Source: Escherichia phage D2
DNA length: 49,197 nucleotides
Reading direction: 5' to 3' (one strand)
Sequence record: OM475427
Part shown: piece after piece, positions 39,793 through 49,053 of the stretch
How the letters are laid out: each line of letters starts with the position of its first letter
How positions within the stretch are numbered: the first letter of the stretch is position 1
Translations under genes and position numbers: made by a program
The notes under the pieces: generated by a model
Database searches by the model: none
What the model saw: the letters and a program-made list of their open reading frames with translations, nothing else
What the model was told of the DNA's origin: nothing

Positions 39793-41319
39793 ATGAAAAA
39801 AGCCATAGCATATATGCGATTTTCATCACCAGGTCAGATGTCTGGTGATTCATTAAACCGCCAGAGAAGGCTTATTACTGAATGGCTAAAGGTAAATAGT
39901 GATTATTACCTTGATACCGTAACGTATGAAGATTTGGGGTTAAGCGCATTCAATGGAAAGCATGCACAATCAGGAGCTTTTTCGGAATTTTTAGATGCTA
40001 TAGAACATGGTTACATATTGCCAGGGACTACATTGTTAGTTGAAAGTCTGGACAGACTTTCAAGAGAAAAAGTCGGTGAAGCGATTGAGCGTCTGAAATT
40101 GATTTTGAATCACGGTATTGATGTTATAACTCTTTGCGATAATACAGTCTATAATATAGACTCATTGAATGAGCCATATTCATTAATAAAAGCCATACTT
40201 ATAGCACAAAGGGCAAATGAAGAAAGCGAGATAAAGTCAAGTCGGGTTAAATTATCATGGAAGAAAAAACGGCAGGATGCACTGGAATCAGGCACGATTA
40301 TGACGGCGTCTTGTCCGAGATGGCTCTCATTGGATGACAAAAGAACAGCTTTTATTCCAGACCCCGACAGGGTGAAAACGATTGAGCTAATTTTTAAACT
40401 CAGGATGGAAAGGCGATCATTGAATGCAATAGCTAAGTATTTAAATGATCATGCTGTAAAAAATTTTTCAGGAAAAGAAAGTGCATGGGGGCCTTCTGTA
40501 ATTGAAAAATTATTAGCGAATAAAGCTCTGATAGGTATATGCGTACCTTCATATCGTGCAAGAGGGAAAGGGATAAGTGAAATCGCTGGCTATTATCCCA
40601 GAGTCATATCAGATGATTTGTTTTACGCTGTACAGGAAATTCGGTTGGCACCTTTTGGTATTAGCAATAGTAGCAAGAATCCTATGCTAATAAATCTACT
40701 TCGAACAGTTATGAAGTGTGAGGCTTGTGGTAATACCATGATTGTTCATGCGGTATCTGGACGTTTGCATGGCTATTATGTTTGTCCGATGAGAAGATTA
40801 CATCGATGTGACAGGCCATCAATAAAAAGAGATTTGGTTGATTATAATATCATTAATGAATTGCTTTTTAATTGTAGCAAAATTCAACCAGTTGAAAACA
40901 AGAAAGATGCTAATGAAACTTTAGAGTTAAAAATTATTGAGCTTCAGATGAAAATTAATAATTTAATCGTTGCATTGTCTGTCGCGCCTGAAGTTACCGC
41001 TATAGCAGAGAAAATAAGACTATTAGATAAGGAATTACGAAGGGCTTCGGTATCATTAAAAACTTTGAAGAGTAAAGGGGTGAGTTCACTTGGTGATTTT
41101 CATGCTATTGATTTAACCAGTAAAAATGGGCGAGAGCTATGTCGTACACTTGCCTATAAAATATTCGAAAAAATTATAATTAATACAGATAATAAAACCT
41201 GTGATATCTATTTTATGAATGGCATTGTTTTTAAACACTATCCTTTAATGAAAGTAATATCCGCCCAGCAGGCGATAAGTACTCTTAAATATATGGTTGA
41301 TGGTGAGGTTTATTTTTGA
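39793..41319 (+). CDS. ybcK: Large serine recombinase (DLP12 YbcK-like)
   Basis: 508 aa; N-terminal resolvase/invertase catalytic domain (AYMRFSSPGQ..SLNRQ) and large C-terminal recombinase/zinc-ribbon domain; AT-rich. Confidence 0.85.
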   Translation: MKKAIAYMRFSSPGQMSGDSLNRQRRLITEWLKVNSDYYLDTVTYEDLGLSAFNGKHAQSGAFSEFLDAIEHGYILPGTTLLVESLDRLSREKVGEAIERLKLILNHGIDVITLCDNTVYNIDSLNEPYSLIKAILIAQRANEESEIKSSRVKLSWKKKRQDALESGTIMTASCPRWLSLDDKRTAFIPDPDRVKTIELIFKLRMERRSLNAIAKYLNDHAVKNFSGKESAWGPSVIEKLLANKALIGICVPSYRARGKGISEIAGYYPRVISDDLFYAVQEIRLAPFGISNSSKNPMLINLLRTVMKCEACGNTMIVHAVSGRLHGYYVCPMRRLHRCDRPSIKRDLVDYNIINELLFNCSKIQPVENKKDANETLELKIIELQMKINNLIVALSVAPEVTAIAEKIRLLDKELRRASVSLKTLKSKGVSSLGDFHAIDLTSKNGRELCRTLAYKIFEKIIINTDNKTCDIYFMNGIVFKHYPLMKVISAQQAISTLKYMVDGEVYF

Positions 41320-41643
41320 GTAATAATCACTTTTTCAACCGTGCTATGGTATGAAAGTAAAGTAACTAATATGATATTAACTATCTTGAACGAAGCGCCC
41401 TGAGCTATAGTTTTACTATAGGCACTGTCACTGGATGTTGGCATTCTTGCTCTAGTAGCTCAACAATACCCAATCACAAAACAATTCACTGATAACAAAC
41501 TTTGTGCACGTGCTTGGTTATGGCGAACAGGTGATGTTAACCTCTTGCCAGAATGCCACTCCACTTCATTAAGTATCTGAGCACCGAGAGGCTGGTCACG
41601 CCCCCATTAAAAATAATTTCTTTTGAATCGAGTGAAATAGGTT

Positions 41644-41670
41644 AGCCCGCATAAGTGCGGGCTGCTTTTT
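41644..41670 (+). terminator. Rho-independent terminator between convergent ybcK and esterase genes
   Basis: Hairpin AGCCCGC-ATAAGT-GCGGGCT followed by GCTTTTT. Confidence 0.45.
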
Positions 41671-42712
41671 ACAGGTCAGCGTTTGTTTTTTGTTGTTGGG
41701 TAGCGGTTTTTATGGGGGTTCCCAGGTTTTTAGTAAACCACTCAACAACTCTGTTTATAATAATTGGCTGATACCATGTATTATCGCCATGCTCGGCCCC
41801 TTCTACCAGCACGTACTCAGCGTTATCACCGTTCTTCTTCAACATCCTGAATAGTTTGGCGCTTTGCTCAGGTGAAACCAGAGTGTCTTTGCTACCATGC
41901 ATAATAAGAAATGGGGGTTTTACTCCTTTCATATGTCCGATTGGACTGGCGTTTAGCGCTTTTTCTTTTGACGCTGTGATGGGGGCTCCCGCAAAATTTC
42001 TGAATGCAGGGCCATTGATCATTAAGGCTTCGGTTACGGCAGGAGAGCGATGAACCTCCTGCACTGATTCAGGGAACCCCTCGCCAATATTCAACAAGTC
42101 AGAAATCCCATAAAGTGTGGCAACTGCCTGAACATCTGAGGATTGCTGAAGAAAGTCACCTTTATCAAAGGTTTTGTCACCATTTGTAGTTCCCATCATC
42201 TGGGCAAGCCATCCACCGGCAGAGTCACCCAGAACTCCGATTCTTTGAGGATCAATCCCATAATTGCTGGCATGCTCTCTCAGGTAACGTATTGCAGCTT
42301 TTCCATCCTCAACTGGTGCTGGAAATGTATCAGGAATTGTTCTGTATTCTACAGCGGCCACAACAAAACCAGCTTCTGCCAGAGCCATTCTCATTTCAAT
42401 AAATTTGTCATGTTCAGAAGACATGAATCCGCCGCCGGGATAATAAATAATGGCTGGTTTTAAATCATTTGTTCGCGGGACAAGAACTGACATGTGAAGC
42501 TGTCTGACAGAACGAGTTCCTTTTATCTGGGAATAAACAACATCACCAATGAGATCGACCTGGTTTCTGGTCGGTGAAACACTAATGATATCTGCACCCG
42601 GGGTGTAACCAGGAAGATTAGTCTGGACAGGTGTTGCACAACTCCCGACCGACATGGCCATTGACATACCATACAATAGTGTTGCAGATGATAATATCTT
42701 GTTAATTTTCAT
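41669..42712 (-). CDS. Secreted alpha/beta-hydrolase (esterase/lipase-like), probable lipoprotein
   Basis: Signal peptide with lipobox-like SVGSC; HGG-type oxyanion motif (YYPGGGF); nucleophile elbow GDSAGG; C-terminal HG (GAEHGD). Confidence 0.7.
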   Translation of the reverse strand: MKINKILSSATLLYGMSMAMSVGSCATPVQTNLPGYTPGADIISVSPTRNQVDLIGDVVYSQIKGTRSVRQLHMSVLVPRTNDLKPAIIYYPGGGFMSSEHDKFIEMRMALAEAGFVVAAVEYRTIPDTFPAPVEDGKAAIRYLREHASNYGIDPQRIGVLGDSAGGWLAQMMGTTNGDKTFDKGDFLQQSSDVQAVATLYGISDLLNIGEGFPESVQEVHRSPAVTEALMINGPAFRNFAGAPITASKEKALNASPIGHMKGVKPPFLIMHGSKDTLVSPEQSAKLFRMLKKNGDNAEYVLVEGAEHGDNTWYQPIIINRVVEWFTKNLGTPIKTATQQQKTNADL

Positions 42713-43159
42713 GTTTTACATGCCTTGACTTATCGGATGAAATTCTCTTACTGAATTTAACGGCAGTTTAATAGCCGTACAACTCGTGGTAGCCAGGGAA
42801 ATATCCCAGTCGTGGTTAAGGTTGTACTTGACGGCTATTATTTCAACAATGCTTAAAGTGAGAGCTTAAGGTTATGCGTATGTTTTACAGTCCGAGTAGA
42901 TTCTGACCAATAGCTTCTTTGTATAATTCTGTCAGAAATAAATCTTGGCTTGCATGAAGTTTGAGACCTTATCTTGTTTGATTATGAATAATCAATTCGC
43001 CATAATTGTATCACCGGAGCCTGAACAACTCCGGTGACTTCTGCGCTAAACGGGGACGTTTATGCGCACACACAATCCAAACTCTCTTCTCCCTTCACAG
43101 ATGCAGAAATGCACCTGCGTTTTTTTGCATCCAGCGTCTGACCTCTGTGGAGGTGAAGC

Positions 43160-43615
43160 GTGAACCTACCACAAGATGGCATCAAACTGCATCGCGGTAA
43201 CTTCATCGCTATCGGCCAGCAGATCCAGCCTTATCTGGAGGACGGAAAATGCTTTCGCATGGTGCTTAAACCGTGGCGTGAGAAACGCAGTCTTTCCCAG
43301 AATGCACTCAGCCATATGTGGTACAGCGAAATCAGTGAATACCTCATCAGCAGGGGGAAATCGTTCGCTACCGCAGCATGGGTAAAAGATGCTCTCAAAC
43401 ACACATACCTCGGTTATGAAACCAAGGACCTGGTTGATGTCGTAACCGGCGAAATCACTACTATCCAGTCGTTACGCCATACCTCCGATCTTGATACCGG
43501 AGAGATGTATGTCTTCCTGTGTAAGGTTGAAGCCTGGGCGATGAATATTGGCTGCCACCTGACTATTCCGCAGAGCTGCGAGTTCCAGCTGCTGCGCGAC
43601 AAGCAGGAGGCGTAA
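43160..43615 (+). CDS. ybcN: YbcN / NinB-family protein
   Basis: 151 aa, GTG start with GGAGGTG RBS; DLP12 ybcN-like; shares the S-L-S-Q-N motif seen in NinB/Orf-family proteins. Confidence 0.7.
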   Translation: MNLPQDGIKLHRGNFIAIGQQIQPYLEDGKCFRMVLKPWREKRSLSQNALSHMWYSEISEYLISRGKSFATAAWVKDALKHTYLGYETKDLVDVVTGEITTIQSLRHTSDLDTGEMYVFLCKVEAWAMNIGCHLTIPQSCEFQLLRDKQEA

Positions 43616-43785
43616 TGGCTACACCGCTTATTCGTGTCATGAACGGACACATCTACAAAGTACCAAATCGTCGTAAGCGTAAACCTGAGCTGAAGCCATC
43701 CGAAATACCAACACTGCTCGGGTATACCGCCAGCCTGGTTGATAAAAAATGGTTGCGACTGGCAGCAAGGAGGAATCATGGCTGA
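43615..43785 (+). CDS. ninE: NinE
   Basis: 56-aa [59 protein letters not shown], overlapping the ybcN stop (TAATG). Confidence 0.7.
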   Translation: MATPLIRVMNGHIYKVPNRRKRKPELKPSEIPTLLGYTASLVDKKWLRLAARRNHG

Positions 43786-44068
43786 TTTGAGAAAAGCAGC
43801 GCGTGGTCGGGAATGCCAGGTAAGAATCCCTGGCGTATGTAATGGCAATCCTGAAACGTCAGTACTGGCACATATCCGGCTGGCTGGATTGTGCTGTACC
43901 GGTATCAAACCGCCAGACCTGATTGCCACCATTGCATGTTCTGCCTGCCACGACGAAATCGACCGTCGCACGCATTTTGTTGACGCTGGATATGCAAAAG
44001 AATGCGCGCTGGAAGGTATGGCGAGAACACAGGTTATCTGGCTGAAAGAGGGGGTAATTAAGGCGTGA
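43778..44068 (+). CDS. ybcO: YbcO-like protein (DUF1364, putative nuclease)
   Basis: 96 aa from ATG preceded by AGGAGG; cysteine-rich ([20 protein letters not shown]). Confidence 0.7.
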   Translation: MADLRKAARGRECQVRIPGVCNGNPETSVLAHIRLAGLCCTGIKPPDLIATIACSACHDEIDRRTHFVDAGYAKECALEGMARTQVIWLKEGVIKA

Positions 44069-44427
44069 ATACTTACCACATCACACTACCCTGGCCGCCG
44101 AGCAATAATCGCTATTACCGCCATAATCGCGGACGCACGCATATCAGCGCAGAGGGGCAGGCATACCGCGATAATGTCGCCCGAATCATTAAAAACGCAA
44201 TGCTGGATATCGGCCTGGCTATTCCTGTGAAAATCAGCATTGAGTGCCACATGCCGGATCGCCGTCGCCGTGACCTTGATAATCTGCAAAAGGCCGCTTT
44301 TGACGCACTCACCAAAGCAGGTTTCTGGCTGGATGATGCTCAGGTCGTTGATTACCGCGTTGTGAAGATGCCCGTTACCAAAGGTGGGAAGCTGGAGCTG
44401 ACTATCACTGAACTGGGAGATGAATGA
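44065..44427 (+). CDS. rusA: Holliday junction resolvase RusA
   Basis: 120 aa, [38 protein letters not shown]... matches RusA. Confidence 0.9.
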   Translation: MNTYHITLPWPPSNNRYYRHNRGRTHISAEGQAYRDNVARIIKNAMLDIGLAIPVKISIECHMPDRRRRDLDNLQKAAFDALTKAGFWLDDAQVVDYRVVKMPVTKGGKLELTITELGDE

Positions 44428-44564
44428 TGTTTGAGTCTTATATGGCAGAGCGTCTTCGCCGCCGCTGGGTGCGCCTGCGCTTATATCGTTTTCCTGGTTC
44501 TGTTTTGACCGATTACCGAATACTGAAGAATTACGCCAAAACCCTGACAGGAGCAGGAGTATGA
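44424..44564 (+). CDS. ylcG: YlcG-like small protein
   Basis: 46-aa [49 protein letters not shown] overlapping the rusA stop. Confidence 0.5.
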   Translation: MMFESYMAERLRRRWVRLRLYRFPGSVLTDYRILKNYAKTLTGAGV

Positions 44565-44649
44565 AGTCAGAGATAACAATCAACTAATACTGTTTTGTTG
44601 ATTTTTGCTTGTAATTGGCGTTCTGGTCTGATTTTTGTGGAGTAAGTTG

Positions 44650-45033
44650 ATGCGTGATATTCAGATGGTTCTTGAGCGTTGGGGAGCGTGGGCGGCTAAT
44701 AATCATGAAGATGTGACCTGGTCGTCCGTTGCCGCCGGTTTTAAGGGATTAATTCCTTCAAAAGTAAAATCTCGCCCGCAATGTTGTGACGATGACGCGA
44801 TGATCATTTGCGGGTGCATGGCCCGTCTGAAAAAGAACAACAGCGATTTACACGATTTATTAGTAGATTATTATGTATGTGGTATGACATTCATGTCACT
44901 GGCAAGTAAGCATTGCTGCTCGGATGGTTATATCGGGAAAAGGTTACAGAAGGCTGAGGGCATAATTGAAGGGATGTTAATGGCATTAGATATCCGGTTA
45001 GATATGGATATCGTTGCTAATAATTCTAATTGA
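44650..45033 (+). CDS. quuD: Late gene antiterminator Q (QuuD / Q21-82 type)
   Basis: [39 protein letters not shown]...; cysteine-rich zinc-binding region ([12 protein letters not shown]); followed by a terminator about 140 nt downstream. Confidence 0.8.
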   Translation: MRDIQMVLERWGAWAANNHEDVTWSSVAAGFKGLIPSKVKSRPQCCDDDAMIICGCMARLKKNNSDLHDLLVDYYVCGMTFMSLASKHCCSDGYIGKRLQKAEGIIEGMLMALDIRLDMDIVANNSN

Positions 45034-45059
45034 TATGCAATTGTTTACTAAAAGTTATT

Positions 45060-45083
45060 AAAAATGGGGCGTGGAAACGCCCC
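45060..45083 (-). terminator. Possible minus-strand terminator downstream of nmpC
   Basis: On the minus strand, GGGGCGUUUCCACGCCCC followed by AUUUUUAAUAACUUUU. Confidence 0.3.
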
Positions 45084-45170
45084 CAAAATAAAGGGTAATA
45101 TATAACAGAAGGTTTATATAGTAAGAAGCAAGGTAGTGCTTCTAAAGGAAGTGGCTTGAGGGCTCCACTT

Positions 45171-45210
45171 ATATGTTGCGGAGGCAAAGCCTCCCGCAAC
45201 ATATCTTTTT
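45171..45210 (+). terminator. tR'-like rho-independent terminator downstream of Q (end of a 6S-like late leader)
   Basis: 15-bp stem ATATGTTGCGGAGGC/GCCTCC(C)GCAACATAT with AAA loop, followed by CTTTTTCG. Confidence 0.5.
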
Positions 45211-45221
45211 CGTAAGTCAGA

Positions 45222-46304
45222 TTAGAACTGATAAACCAGACCTACAGCGACGATGTCGTCGGTATCAATACCAGCTGTTTTGGTAAACTTACTATCGTCA
45301 ATTAAGTTGATTTTGTAATCAACAAAAGTGGACATGTTTTTATTAAAGTAGTAAGTAGCACCGACATCGACATACTTGACTAAGTCTCGGTCACCATGAA
45401 CACCAAGGTCTTTACCTTTTGACTGAAGGTAAGCAACAGATGGTCGCAGACCGAAGTCAAACTGATATTGTGCTACTGCTTCAAAGTTTTGTGCTTTGTT
45501 TGCAATATGGTTATTACCAAAAACGGTCATATTCTGAGTTTCAGAATATGTGGTAGCCAGATAGATATTGTTCGCATCATATTTCAGGCCTGCAGCCCAT
45601 ACTTCCGCATTTTTGCCGGAGGCATTGAATTTGCTCTTACCATAGGCGACCTGACCGTCAGTGCGATCTGATTTAGCATAGGTTGCACCCACGCCGAATC
45701 CTTCATACTCATAAGTAGTGGAGAAACCGAAACCATCACCATTGACTTCAGTTACGTCAGTGCGGTCATTTTTACCCTGATACTGAGCAGCAAAGTTCAG
45801 GCCATCGACCAGACCAAAGAAGTCGTTGTTACGATAAGTTGCAACACCAGTAGTGCGACCAGTCATGAACACATCTGTTTGGGTCCAGGTATCACCACCG
45901 AATTCTGGCAGGACGTCAGTCCACGCACCGATGTCGTATGCTACACCGTAGTTACGGCCGTAATCGATTGAGCCGTAATCACCAAATTTCAGGCCTGCAA
46001 ATGCAAGACGGGTTTTGTCTTTGGAAGAACCTTGAGATTCAGCACGGTTGCCTTTGAATTCATATTCCCACTGACCGAAACCAGTCAGTTGATCGTTGAT
46101 TTGGGTTTCACCTTTGAAGCCAAGACGGGCATAAGTAGTATCACCATCATCTGCATCATTAGAGGAGAAGTAGTGCTTGGCATTAACTTTCCCGTATAGA
46201 TCCAGCTTGTTACTGTCTTTATTATAAATTTCAGCTGCCTGAGCAGACATCGCCATCAGTACTGATGCAGCTACAGCAGAAATTGCCACTGTTAATTTTT
46301 TCAT
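45222..46304 (-). CDS. nmpC: Outer membrane general porin (NmpC/OmpD/OmpC family), apparently intact
   Basis: 360 aa; signal peptide ending AQA; mature N-terminus AEIYNKD..KLDLYGK; C-terminal VGLVYQF with terminal Phe. Confidence 0.85.
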   Translation of the reverse strand: MKKLTVAISAVAASVLMAMSAQAAEIYNKDSNKLDLYGKVNAKHYFSSNDADDGDTTYARLGFKGETQINDQLTGFGQWEYEFKGNRAESQGSSKDKTRLAFAGLKFGDYGSIDYGRNYGVAYDIGAWTDVLPEFGGDTWTQTDVFMTGRTTGVATYRNNDFFGLVDGLNFAAQYQGKNDRTDVTEVNGDGFGFSTTYEYEGFGVGATYAKSDRTDGQVAYGKSKFNASGKNAEVWAAGLKYDANNIYLATTYSETQNMTVFGNNHIANKAQNFEAVAQYQFDFGLRPSVAYLQSKGKDLGVHGDRDLVKYVDVGATYYFNKNMSTFVDYKINLIDDSKFTKTAGIDTDDIVAVGLVYQF

Positions 46305-46893
46305 TGTACGCCCTTTTTTTTGAACTATTATTAAAAAATGATGTCACTGCGCGATAAATATTCATCTAATCAATGCGATTATTTCAAGATGTAAGTTTTA
46401 GTTTCTCATTTAATTTGTGAAGTAGATCTCTATTTTTATCTGAACCTTTTCTATCTAATCCTATTCATGGCTCTTGTTTGAACGAAAATAAATCTATTAG
46501 CTAATTTATATTAATGGCACTTATTTATAAGCGCTCTATAATTCTTTAGCTTAATTTAAACAAACTAAAAATAACATCGGAAATTATTCATTGGTTATTT
46601 GTTGAAGTTTTCTTATGTATTTGTGGTGGTGTTTTGAACACTCGGTGGCATTCTCACAAATATCATTTAGTAGTTTACGTACGTAAAAAATTGGTTATGC
46701 TGTTAAGAGTGGTTACTTCGTCACACAGCTTAAACCCGCCGTCGAGCGGGTTTTTCCATTTTTTGAGTCTCGATATTAGCTGATAACCCAATACCTGAGT
46801 TATTCACTGACTCCGAATCTGTTACGTTTCTGCCTTTATTGCGATACGTAGTATCCCCTTAATTTACACCCGCTTTGTCTGCGAGGTGGGGTT

Positions 46894-47109
46894 ATGAAAT
46901 CCATGGATAAGTTAACAACGGGTGTCGCCTATGGCACCTCAGCAGGTAGTGCCGGGTACTGGTTTTTACAGTTGCTCGATAAAGTCACTCCGTCACAGTG
47001 GGCTGCAATCGGTGTGCTGGGTAGCCTGGTTTTTGGCCTGCTGACGTATCTGACAAATCTTTATTTCAAGATTAAAGAAGACAGGCGTAAGGCTGCGAGA
47101 GGAGAGTAA
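46894..47109 (+). CDS. essD: Pinholin (S21-type class II holin) with dual-start motif
   Basis: 71 aa, [26 protein letters not shown]..., two TMDs; Met1-Lys-Ser-Met4 dual start as in phage 21 S21. Confidence 0.85.
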   Translation: MKSMDKLTTGVAYGTSAGSAGYWFLQLLDKVTPSQWAAIGVLGSLVFGLLTYLTNLYFKIKEDRRKAARGE

Positions 47110-47113
47110 TCCA

Positions 47114-47606
47114 ATGACTCAAGACTATGAACTGGTTGTGAAAGGAGTCCGGTGGGGCTGTTGCCATAGCGTCTGTGCTCATCACTGGTCCGAGTGGTGA
47201 CGATGGCCTGGAAGGTGTCAGCTACATACCATACAAAGATATCGTTGGCGTATGGACTGTATGTCACGGACACACCGGAAAAGACATCATGCTCGGTAAA
47301 ACGTATACCGAAGCAGAATGCAAAGCCCTCCTGAATAAAGACCTTGCCACTGTCGCCAGACAAATTAACCCGTACATCAAAGTCGATATACCGGAAACAA
47401 CGCGCGGCGCTCTTTGCAGCAGATTAAGGAGCGTGGCGCTTTANCNNNNNNTNNATCGTGGTGATATCCGTCAGGCAATCGACCGTTGCAGCAATATCTG
47501 GGCTTCACTGCCGGGCGCTGGTTATGGTCAGTTCGAGCATAAGGCTGACAGCCTGATTGCAAAATTCAAAGAAGCGGGCGGAACGGTCAGAGAGATTGAT
47601 GTATGA
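47114..47606 (+). pseudogene. R: Endolysin, chimeric: P21-type lysozyme 5' part joined out of frame to lambda R transglycosylase 3' part
   Basis: Frame 0 (47175-~47405) encodes SAR-lysozyme-like [79 protein letters not shown]. From ~47411 another frame reads [10 protein letters not shown]; after an n run, [49 protein letters not shown] (lambda R C-terminus). The 5' ATG at 47114 is in yet another frame. Confidence 0.6.
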
Positions 47607-48046
47607 GCAGAGTCACCGCGATTATCTCCGCTCTGGTTATCTGCATCATCGTCTGCCTGTCATGGGCTGTTAATCATTACCGTGATAACGCCATTACCTA
47701 CAAAGCCCAGCGCGACAAAAATGCCAGAGAACTGAAGCTGGCGAACGCGGCAATTACTGACATGCAGATGCGTCAGCGTGATGTTGCTGCGCTCGATGCA
47801 AAATACACGAAGGAGTTAGCTGATGCTAAAGCTGAAAATGATGCTCTGCGTGANNNNNTTNCCGCTGGTCGTCGTCGGTTGCACATCAAAGCAGTCACCG
47901 CCGCCTCCGGCGTGGATGATGGTGCCAGCCCCAGACTTACTGACACCGCTCAACGGGATTATTTCGTTCTCAGAGAGCGCATCGAAACCGTAACTAACCA
48001 ATTGAATGGTCTGCAAGAGTATGTGAGATCACAGTGTTCATATTAG
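47603..48046 (+). CDS. Rz: Spanin inner-membrane subunit Rz (i-spanin)
   Basis: [83 protein letters not shown]... matches lambda Rz; n run at 47845-47852. Confidence 0.85.
   Translation: MSRVTAIISALVICIIVCLSWAVNHYRDNAITYKAQRDKNARELKLANAAITDMQMRQRDVAALDAKYTKELADAKAENDALRXXXXAGRRRLHIKAVTAASGVDDGASPRLTDTAQRDYFVLRERIETVTNQLNGLQEYVRSQCSY
47823..47993 (+). CDS. Rz1: Spanin outer-membrane lipoprotein Rz1 (o-spanin), embedded in Rz in the +1 frame
   Basis: Embedded [13 protein letters not shown]...[43 protein letters not shown]: lipobox (VVGC) and proline-rich mature region. Confidence 0.7.
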   Translation: MLKLKMMLCVXXXPLVVVGCTSKQSPPPPAWMMVPAPDLLTPLNGIISFSESASKP

Positions 48047-48084
48047 AAAAGTCTTATCATAAGATTTTTGTATATGGATGCATT

Positions 48085-48459
48085 ATGTCTCAATACGCTC
48101 AAGCCGCTTTAAATGCTTATCAATTGGTTGCTCATAACTCAATGTCTCCTCGTGATGCATGGGAGGCTGCTGTCGCTGAGGTTACAGAAAGCGAATCGGC
48201 AAGAAAGAAGGGATGCCCAAGGGCAACGTTTCTCGCTCTGGCGGATAGCGGTTATCTGAAGAATGTAAAACAACATCATGGGGAGAAAAAGATCGGTAAG
48301 TTGTACCAAAGGGCAATTGAAGTTGCGAATCTGATTCTTGATTTACCCGGAATTAGCAAAGCTGAGCTAGTTGATAAAACTTGCTATAAAGACAGGCAAG
48401 GGTCTTATGACATTGCTCTAACTCTCGCTCAGCACGGATTACTCCAGCGTCCTCAATAA
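48085..48459 (+). CDS. Hypothetical protein (124 aa) between Rz and cos
   Basis: ORF starting MSQYAQAALNAYQLVAHNSMSPRDAWEAAVAEV...; no family recognised. Confidence 0.35.
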   Translation: MSQYAQAALNAYQLVAHNSMSPRDAWEAAVAEVTESESARKKGCPRATFLALADSGYLKNVKQHHGEKKIGKLYQRAIEVANLILDLPGISKAELVDKTCYKDRQGSYDIALTLAQHGLLQRPQ

Positions 48460-48557
48460 GATATTAAGTGATTTATGGCCTCGCTTTTAGCGGGGCTTTT
48501 TCATATCTGAATCTCACCATGCATATCATCACCTGACTGGAACGTCAGGAGAATTCG

Positions 48558-48794
48558 TTACCGGGATTCGATAAAGGTATTCAAGCCTGACACATTATGC
48601 GCTGTATCGTCGCCGTATTCCTGCATTAACCATGACCGTAGCCCGACGGGGAATTCCTTCTGCGCGAGTGTGCGGGCGTATTCAGTGNNNNGATTTGTAT
48701 TGTCTGAAGTTGTTTTTACGTTAAGTTGATGCAGATCAATTAATACGATACCTGCGTCATAATTGATTATTTGACGTGGTTTGATGGCCTCCAC
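48558..48794 (-). CDS. Hypothetical protein (78 aa, contains ambiguous bases)
   Basis: Minus-strand ORF between Rz and cos; n positions inside; no family recognised. Confidence 0.2.
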   Translation of the reverse strand: MEAIKPRQIINYDAGIVLIDLHQLNVKTTSDNTNXXTEYARTLAQKEFPVGLRSWLMQEYGDDTAHNVSGLNTFIESR

Positions 48795-48864
48795 GCACGT
48801 TGTGATATGTAGATGATAATCATTATCACTTTACGGGTCCTTTCCGGTGATCCGACAGGTTACG

Positions 48865-48876
48865 GGGCGGCGACCT
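48865..48876 (+). other. cos: cosN cohesive-end site (lambda type), with flanking cosQ/cosB
   Basis: ...GATCCGACAGGTTACG|GGGCGGCGACCT|CGCGGGTTTTCGCTATTTATGAAAATTTTCCGGTTTAAGGCGTTTCCG... matches the lambda right-end/left-end junction with the 12-nt cohesive sequence GGGCGGCGACCT. Confidence 0.85.
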
Positions 48877-49053
48877 CGCGGGTTTTCGCTATTTATGAAA
48901 ATTTTCCGGTTTAAGGCGTTTCCGTTCTTCTTCGTCATAACTTAATGTTTTTATTTAAAATACCCTCTGAAAAGAAAGGAAACGACAGGTGCTGAAAGCG
49001 AGCTTTTTGGCCTCTGTCGTTTCCTTTCTCTGTTTTTGTCCGTGGAATGAACA

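Noticed and set aside
48808-48826. Fur-box-like sequence GATGATAATCATTATCACT near cos
   Set aside because: This is part of the conserved lambda right-end (cosQ side) sequence and is not upstream of any iron-related gene; the resemblance to a Fur box is probably coincidental.
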